A stretch of 64,000 nt of DNA. It comes from Acetobacteraceae bacterium (GTDB lineage Bacteria > Pseudomonadota > Alphaproteobacteria > Acetobacterales > Acetobacteraceae). The translations under genes and the position numbers were made by a program. Position 1 is the stretch's first letter. Each line of letters starts with the position of its first letter. Location of the stretch: positions 40,887 to 104,886 of the forward strand of contig CAXMMR010000027.1 in NCBI GenBank assembly GCA_963692975.2, written 5' to 3'. Under the pieces are notes generated by a model that worked only from the letters and a program-made list of their open reading frames with translations, searched no databases and was not told the origin of the DNA. Positions 58,865 through 64,000 of this stretch are shown here, one piece after another.

Positions 58865-61081
58865 TCAGCCGACAAGGCAACGGGCGAGCTGTTCGCGCCG
58901 ATACGGCTTGGCCAGCATCCGCACCGTCGGCGGCATCCCGCCCAGCACCGAGGCCGCCCCGGAGGTGAGCACGATGCGCAGCTCGGGCCGCTGCCGCCGC
59001 GCGGTCTGCATCAGCTGCAGCCCGTCGACGCCGCCGGGCATCATCACGTCGGAGAACAGCACGTCGATCTGCCGGCCGCTGTCGAGCTCGGCGAGCGCCG
59101 CGCGTCCGTCGGCGACCGCGATCACGGTATAGCCGAGCTCGGCCAGGTTCTCGACGACGACCTCGCGCAACGCCGCCTCGTCCTCGGCCACCAGCACGAC
59201 CTTGCCGGCCCCCGCCTTGCTGAGCTGGTCGTCGATCAGGCGCGCTGTCGGCCGCGCGGCCGCCGCCGGCGGCGCCGCGCCCGCGATGTCCGTCGAGGCG
59301 GCCGGCAGCAGCATCTCTACCGTCGCGCCGGTCGCCGATCCCGTGGCGATCCCCTGGCGGCTCAGGATACGGGCGAGCCCGCCGGCCGAGCGGCAGAAGC
59401 CATAGACCTGCGACAAGCCGAGCCCGGTGCCGCGCCCGACCTCCTTGGAGGTGAAGAACGGCTCGAAGGCGCGCGCCGCCACCGCCGCCGACATGCCCGG
59501 CCCGGTGTCGGCCACCGCGACGCGCACGTAGCAGCCCGCCTTGAGCCCCAGCCCGGCAAGCTCGCCCGCCGCCACCAGTGCGGTCGACACGAGGATGCGC
59601 GGCGGCGCCGTCGCCCGTGCCGTCCGGTCCGCGCCGGCCGCCGCGTCGAGCATCGCGTCGCGCGCGTTAGTGACCAGGTTGAGCACCGCCGCCTCGAGCT
59701 CGCCCGGGTCGAGGCTGAGCGGCGGCAGCGCCGGCGCCAGCTCCAGCGTCAGGTCGACGGCGCTGCCCGCCCCGCCGCGCAGCACCGGAGCGAACTCGCC
59801 GAGCACCCGGCTCGCATCGACCGGCTCGGGCCGCACCGCCTCGCGTCGCGAGAACGCCAGCATCCTGCTGGTGAGCTCGGCGCCCCGGCCGGTCGCGTTC
59901 AGCCCGATGCGCGCCATCTCGCGCAGCCGCGTCGAGGCCGTCGGCTCGCGCCCGATCAGCTCGAGCTGCCCGGTCAGGATGCTCAGCAGGTTGTTGAAGT
60001 CATGCGCGATGCCGCTGGTCAGCTGGCCCATGACCTCCAGCCGCTGGGCGCGCACCAGCGCCGCCTCCGCCACCTCGCGCCGCGCCATCTCGCCGCGCAG
60101 CCGCGCCAGCGCCGCCGCCTCGCGCCGCGCCCGCCCAAGTGCTGCCAGGCTCGCCGCGACCAGCAGCAGCATCGCCGGCACGCCGAACAGCATGTCGCGC
60201 CCGACATGCAGCCGCCAGCGCGCGACGATCGAGGCGCGACTCCGCCCGACCACGATGCTCAGCGGGTAGCCGGCCAGCCGATGCCCGACGAACAGGATCG
60301 GCGCCGGCGCCCCGGCCGCGTTCGTCCGGCTGACGAACCGGCCCTCCAGCCCCGCCGGCAGGCTCGCCGCGAGCAGCGCCCCGCCATCCTGCGCGGCCGG
60401 ATAGCCGGCCAGCACCGCCCCATCGTCGCGCAACAGCAGCACGCACTTGTCGGTGCTTTCCGAGACCGGCTCGCCGATCAGCGTCTGCCAGAACGTCTCG
60501 AAGAAGCTAGGCGACGAGCCCACGGCGATCGCCCCGGCAAAGGCGTGCCCGGCCGCCTCGCGCCGCAGCACCAGCCCGAACACCGGCCGCTGCAGCACCA
60601 GCCCGACATGGGTGCGGCTCACCGCCAGCATCGCGCCGCCCCTCAGCGGGCCCGCCCGCACCGCCTGGAAGGACGGCCGGCCGGCGATGCTGAGCGGCGG
60701 CTGCCCGCGCCGCAACGGCGGCAGCGGCTGCGACGCCACGATGATCCGCCCGGTCGCGTCGGTCACCACCGTCGTGCTCACCTGCGGCAACGCCTCGATC
60801 ATGCGCTCAAGCATCTGCGTCAGCGCCTGGTCCAGCCCCGCCGGTGCGCCGCCGGCCGCAGGCGAGCGGTCGAGCCGCGTCATCAGGTCGGCCACCCGCT
60901 CGGCGACCAGCCGCTCGCTGTCGAACACCTTGGTCGCGTGCTCCACCGCCACCTCGTCGGTGCGCACGAGGTCGCGCCAGGCGATGTCCATCGTGGCGCG
61001 CCAGTCCAGCCACGCCACGATGCAGAACAGCCCCAGCGGGGTCGCCAAGGTGACCGCCAAGGTGGCGCGCGCAGTGTTCAT
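58865..61081 (-). CDS. Hybrid sensor histidine kinase/response regulator
   Basis: It has an N-terminal TM and sensor region, HisKA (LTSGIAHDFNNLLSIL), HATPase (..DTGPGM..GTGLGLSQVYG..), and a C-terminal receiver (VLVAEDEAALREV...DVLFSDVMMPGG...AKPY). Confidence 0.85.
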   Translation of the reverse strand: MNTARATLAVTLATPLGLFCIVAWLDWRATMDIAWRDLVRTDEVAVEHATKVFDSERLVAERVADLMTRLDRSPAAGGAPAGLDQALTQMLERMIEALPQVSTTVVTDATGRIIVASQPLPPLRRGQPPLSIAGRPSFQAVRAGPLRGGAMLAVSRTHVGLVLQRPVFGLVLRREAAGHAFAGAIAVGSSPSFFETFWQTLIGEPVSESTDKCVLLLRDDGAVLAGYPAAQDGGALLAASLPAGLEGRFVSRTNAAGAPAPILFVGHRLAGYPLSIVVGRSRASIVARWRLHVGRDMLFGVPAMLLLVAASLAALGRARREAAALARLRGEMARREVAEAALVRAQRLEVMGQLTSGIAHDFNNLLSILTGQLELIGREPTASTRLREMARIGLNATGRGAELTSRMLAFSRREAVRPEPVDASRVLGEFAPVLRGGAGSAVDLTLELAPALPPLSLDPGELEAAVLNLVTNARDAMLDAAAGADRTARATAPPRILVSTALVAAGELAGLGLKAGCYVRVAVADTGPGMSAAVAARAFEPFFTSKEVGRGTGLGLSQVYGFCRSAGGLARILSRQGIATGSATGATVEMLLPAASTDIAGAAPPAAAARPTARLIDDQLSKAGAGKVVLVAEDEAALREVVVENLAELGYTVIAVADGRAALAELDSGRQIDVLFSDVMMPGGVDGLQLMQTARRQRPELRIVLTSGAASVLGGMPPTVRMLAKPYRREQLARCLVG

Positions 61082-61228
61082 TCACCCTCTCGGCGGCAAA
61101 GGGGCAACGTGCCCCGCTCGCCCCGATCGGCCCAAGCATCCTCGTGCCGCCGCATCGCCGCCCGCATCGCCGCCCGCATGTCCACGGGGCAACTCGGCCG
61201 CCGGCCGCATGTTGATCCTGCAACAAGG

Positions 61229-61615
61229 ATGGTGCCGGCCGTGTGCGACCTTCTGGTGCTGGATGACGACGAGCTGGTGCGGGTGACGCTGGGCGAAGCG
61301 CTGCGCGACGCCGGCTACGTCGTCGCCGAAGCCTCCGGCCCGGCCGAGGCGCTCGCCATCCTGCGCTCCGAGCCGGAGTGTCGCCTGCTGGTCACCGACG
61401 TGCATCTCGCCGGCCCGGCCGGCCCGCCGAGCGGGCTGCGCCTCGCCGAGCAGGCCCGCGGCGCCCATCCCGAGCTGCGCGTCATCTACATCACCGGCCG
61501 CCCCGACACGCTGCCGCCCGCCCCCGTCGCCGCCACCGACCGCGCTCTCAGCAAGCCGTTCCTCCCAGGCACGCTCGTCGAGCTGGTCGGCGAACTGATC
61601 GGCCAGGCGCAGTGA
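61229..61615 (+). CDS. Single-domain response regulator (receiver only)
   Basis: ATG at 61229 after AAGG. It reads LLVLDDDELVRVTLGEALRDAGYVV...LLVTDVHLAG...YITGRPD...LSKPF. It is divergent from the hybrid kinase. Confidence 0.8.
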   Translation: MVPAVCDLLVLDDDELVRVTLGEALRDAGYVVAEASGPAEALAILRSEPECRLLVTDVHLAGPAGPPSGLRLAEQARGAHPELRVIYITGRPDTLPPAPVAATDRALSKPFLPGTLVELVGELIGQAQ

Positions 61616-62031
61616 TGCGCCGCCCGGTCGCCATCGTCTGGATCGTCGGCCTGCTGCTGGCGCTGCTGCTCTATCTGCGCCAGCCCGAATACATCCTCGA
61701 CAGCATCACGGTCGCGCTGTCCGACGTCGAGCAGCGCTTCGACGGCTTCATCATCTCGCTGAGCCACCAGTCGATCCTGATCATCCGCGCGCTGGCGATC
61801 GCCCTGTTCGTCGTCTTCGTCGCCCTGGCTGTCATCGCCGCCCAACGCGGCCTGCCCGCCCGACGCATGCTGCTGGTCGTTGCCTTCCTCTACATCGTGC
61901 TGCTCTGGCACCCGTTCAGCGGCCTCATCCTGGCCCGCGACTGGGTGTTCGCCTTCCTGATCTCCGCCGTCGCCTCGCTGGTGATGACGCGCCGAATCGC
62001 AGCGCCAAGCCTGCGCCGCAGCCTGCGTTAG
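61615..62031 (+). CDS. Hypothetical membrane protein (4 predicted TM helices)
   Basis: The ATG overlaps the response-regulator stop by 1 nt. It has hydrophobic segments IVWIVGLLLALLLYL, IIRALAIALFVVFVALAVIAA, LLVVAFLYIVLLW and VFAFLISAVASLVM. Confidence 0.5.
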   Translation: MRRPVAIVWIVGLLLALLLYLRQPEYILDSITVALSDVEQRFDGFIISLSHQSILIIRALAIALFVVFVALAVIAAQRGLPARRMLLVVAFLYIVLLWHPFSGLILARDWVFAFLISAVASLVMTRRIAAPSLRRSLR

Positions 62032-62244
62032 GAAAGGCAAGGCCAGGGGCGTCGCCCCTGGACCCGATTAAAGGCGAAGCCTTTAAAATCCATTTGTTTT
62101 TCATTCTTTCTTGGCGAGGTCGGGAGCAAGACGCGAGTTGACCGGCTTCGCCGAGTAGCAAAGAAGGGGGTCTAAGCTCCAGACCGATGGGGTCTGGGGC
62201 CTTGGGCCCCAGCGAGGTCCAGGAGCAGAGCTCCTGGCCTTCCT
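62032..62244. repeat. Family-A composite REP/MITE-like element
   Basis: GAAAGGCAAGGCCAGGGGCGTCGCCCCTGGACCCGATTAAAGGCGAAGCCTTTAAAATCC...GGCTTCGCCGAGTAGCAAAG...GGGGTCTGGGGCCTTGGGCCCCAGCGAGGTCCAGGAGCAGAGCTCCTGGCCTTCCT. Confidence 0.9.
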
Positions 62245-62247
62245 ACC

Positions 62248-62868
62248 TCAAGCCCCGCATCGCGGCACCAGCCCATGCAGCCGCAGTCCCACCAGATGCA
62301 GCATCGGCTCGATCGGCAGCCGCTCGCCATGCAGCAGCAGCACGATGGCGCCGATCAGCATCGTGCCCAGCGCCGCGGTCAGCGGCTGCCGGCGCACCAG
62401 CCGCGGCGGCATCGGGCCGGCGAGCCACAGCATCAGCCACAGCCCGAGCACGCCGCAGGCGCCGCCGCTCAGCACGTCGTCGACGCTGTGCACCCCGAGC
62501 AGCAGCCGCGAGGCGCCGATCACCACCGCGGCCAGCCCGCCGAACAGAGCCGCCAGGATCAGGCACGACCACCCCCAGCTCTGCCGCGAGTAGGCGACGA
62601 GCCGGCTCGCCGGCAACGCCAGTGCCCCGCCATAGACGACGGCGGCCGAGGCGGTGTGCCCGCTCGGGCTGCGCAGCAGCGCGTGGCTGCCGCCCGAGCA
62701 GGCGAACAGCGCCAGCTTGCCGAGCAGCACCGCCGCCAGCGCCGCCAGCACCCCGGCGCTCCAGCCCAGCGCGCCGCGCGGCCAGTCGAGCAGCGCCAGC
62801 AGCACCGCCACCGTGAGCGCCACCGGCAGGATCACCGCCGCGTCGGCGAAGTCGGTGACGAAGAACAT
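62248..62868 (-). CDS. PAP2-family phosphatase
   Basis: ATG at 62868. It reads ...RSPSGHTASAAVVYG...RLLLGVHSVDDVLSG, which carries the PSGH and SRxxxxxHxxxD motifs. Confidence 0.75.
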   Translation of the reverse strand: MFFVTDFADAAVILPVALTVAVLLALLDWPRGALGWSAGVLAALAAVLLGKLALFACSGGSHALLRSPSGHTASAAVVYGGALALPASRLVAYSRQSWGWSCLILAALFGGLAAVVIGASRLLLGVHSVDDVLSGGACGVLGLWLMLWLAGPMPPRLVRRQPLTAALGTMLIGAIVLLLHGERLPIEPMLHLVGLRLHGLVPRCGA

Positions 62869-62928
62869 CGTACGGCCGGCAGGCGTGCGGCTTGGCCGCT
62901 CCACCCTTGGCCGCGCCCCGGCTGGCGT

Positions 62929-63105
62929 CTAGTAGCTGCCGCGCAGCAGCAGCACGACGACGATGATGATGAGTAGCACCGGCAGCAGCCCCAGCCCATT
63001 GAAGCCGCCGCCGGCGGGCCCGCCGCCATACCAGCCGGACCGATAACCGTAGCCGCCGCCGCCAAGCGCCAGCACGGCGAGGATGATGATCAGGAGAAGC
63101 AGCAT
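62929..63105 (-). CDS. DUF3309-like small membrane protein (58 aa)
   Basis: ATG at 63105, 8 nt after a perfect AAGGAG. MLLLLIIILAVLALGGGGYGYRSGWYGGGPAGGGFNGLGLLPVLLIIIVVVLLLRGSY has two TM helices with a Gly-rich loop. Confidence 0.6.
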   Translation of the reverse strand: MLLLLIIILAVLALGGGGYGYRSGWYGGGPAGGGFNGLGLLPVLLIIIVVVLLLRGSY

Positions 63106-63205
63106 GGCAGTCGGGCTCCTTGGCTGTGTCCGCGTGGCCCTGCCGCTATGAACCCTGACCAAGCCGTGCCGCAAGTGGAAGAGTTTTCGAGGAGAGACGC
63201 GCGAC

Positions 63206-63553
63206 ATGGATGACCTGCCCGACCGGCTCGCCATCAACCCGGCCAGCCCGCATCACGACGCAGCCAGGCTCGCCCGCGGCGTCGGCATCCGCTTCAACGG
63301 CGTCGAGCGCACCAATGTCGAGGAGTACTGCATCAGCGAAGGCTGGGTGCGCGTCGCCGTGGGCAAGACGCTGGACCGGCGCGGCCAGCCGATGACGATC
63401 CGGCTGAACGGCGTCGTCGAGCCGTTCTGGCTGCCCGCAGCCGAGCCCGAGCCCGAGCCCGGCGCTCCCTCCAGCGCCCCCTCCAGCGCCCCCTCGAGCG
63501 CCCCCTCGAGCGCCCCCTCGAGCGCCCCCTCGAGCGCCCCCTCGAGCGAATGA
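63206..63553 (+). CDS. DUF3297-family protein with a repeat-derived C-terminal extension
   Basis: PDRLAINPASPHHDAARLARGVGIRFNGVERTNVEEYCISEGWVRVAVGKTLDRRGQPMTIRLNGVVEPFW is DUF3297-like from memory. It is followed by EPEPEPG(APSS)x7. Confidence 0.65.
   Translation: MDDLPDRLAINPASPHHDAARLARGVGIRFNGVERTNVEEYCISEGWVRVAVGKTLDRRGQPMTIRLNGVVEPFWLPAAEPEPEPGAPSSAPSSAPSSAPSSAPSSAPSSAPSSE
63464..63547 (+). repeat. 12-bp tandem repeat (GCCCCCTCGAGC-like) x7, in-frame (APSS)x7
   Basis: Read directly from the sequence. The first two units differ by 1-2 nt, and the last five are identical. Confidence 0.95.
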
Positions 63554-63993
63554 CGGCGAGCCTGCGCCACGGCGTCGACCTGCGCGGCGCGGCCGCGACC
63601 GACGCGGCCGGGCTCGCCGCCCTGCTCGGCGCGCCGCCCGAGGCGATGCGCCGCCGGCTCGAGCGGCTGCTGACCGACACGGCAACGACGGTGCTGGTGG
63701 CACTCGATTATGACGGCGCGCTGATCGGCGCCGCGGTGCTGCAGACCCGCCCGACCCTGCTGGACGACGCGCCGACGGCGGAGCTCTCGACCGTGTTCGT
63801 CGCGGCCGCCGAGCGCCGCCGCGGCATCGCCCGGCTGCTGCTCAAGGCCGCCGCCCAGGCCGGCCGGTCCGCCGGCTGCGAGGCGATGGCCATGCTGGCC
63901 GCCGAGGCGCCCGCCCGATGCTTCTGCGAGGCCAGCGGCTTCAAGCCCGACGGTCAAGGCTTCACCCGCCCGCTGCGCCGCCGGCGCGACTAA
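63550..63993 (+). CDS. GNAT-family N-acetyltransferase
   Basis: ATGA overlap with the previous gene. It reads ...VLVALDYDGALIGAAVL...LSTVFVAAAERRRGIARLLLKAAAQAGRSAGCEAMAM, which includes the acetyl-CoA binding R/Q-x-x-G-x-A motif. Confidence 0.75.
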   Translation: MTASLRHGVDLRGAAATDAAGLAALLGAPPEAMRRRLERLLTDTATTVLVALDYDGALIGAAVLQTRPTLLDDAPTAELSTVFVAAAERRRGIARLLLKAAAQAGRSAGCEAMAMLAAEAPARCFCEASGFKPDGQGFTRPLRRRRD

Positions 63994-64000
63994 GCGCCGC

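Overview
This is a very G+C-rich chromosomal segment. Its gene content and order look alphaproteobacterial and possibly Rhodospirillales/Acetobacteraceae-like, but that is inferred from synteny and not from any search. Most of the window is housekeeping. It holds a Tim44-like gene, an orphan TadG/TadE pseudopilin trio, secB, and hemC-hemD-(Mic60-like)-hemY. It also holds tsaD with a frameshifted rlmJ, two SDR genes, murJ, trpS, tamA/tamB, a plsC-like gene and miaB-phoH-ybeY-corC. Further on are moeB/thiF with a DsrE-like gene, a CobW-type GTPase with a WD40 gene, the F1 ATP synthase operon atpHAGDC, priA and DUF484-xerC. The last part holds pip, opgH, a stand-alone YcaO, fhs, GSTs and a hybrid histidine kinase with a response regulator. 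I found no rRNA, tRNA or CRISPR array. The unusual content is almost all non-coding or repeat-related. (1) A roughly 200-bp composite palindromic REP/MITE-like element fills almost every intergenic gap, with at least 15 full or short copies plus 4 isolated half-elements. (2) Two inverted half-elements bracket a visibly lower-G+C 189-codon gene whose product looks like a PD-(D/E)xK (YraN/Mrr-like) nuclease. This REP-flanked arrangement resembles that of RAYT transposases, but the protein has no HUH motif, and it is my best candidate for an undescribed system. (3) A second, AT-rich palindromic MITE-like family has 4 copies, one of them inside the atpD-atpC spacer. (4) There are many short tandem repeats, both intergenic (9-bp x8 upstream of trpS, 18-bp x6, 14-bp x3) and in-frame inside conserved genes (tsaD, fhs, DUF484, DUF3297). 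(5) A 23-codon mini-cistron has a 14-nt run complementary, from memory, to the 16S rRNA 3' end, and it has its own terminator. (6) An orphan YcaO and a MoeB/DsrE-like pair are also present. All functional calls come from motif recognition by eye and from synteny. No database search was possible.
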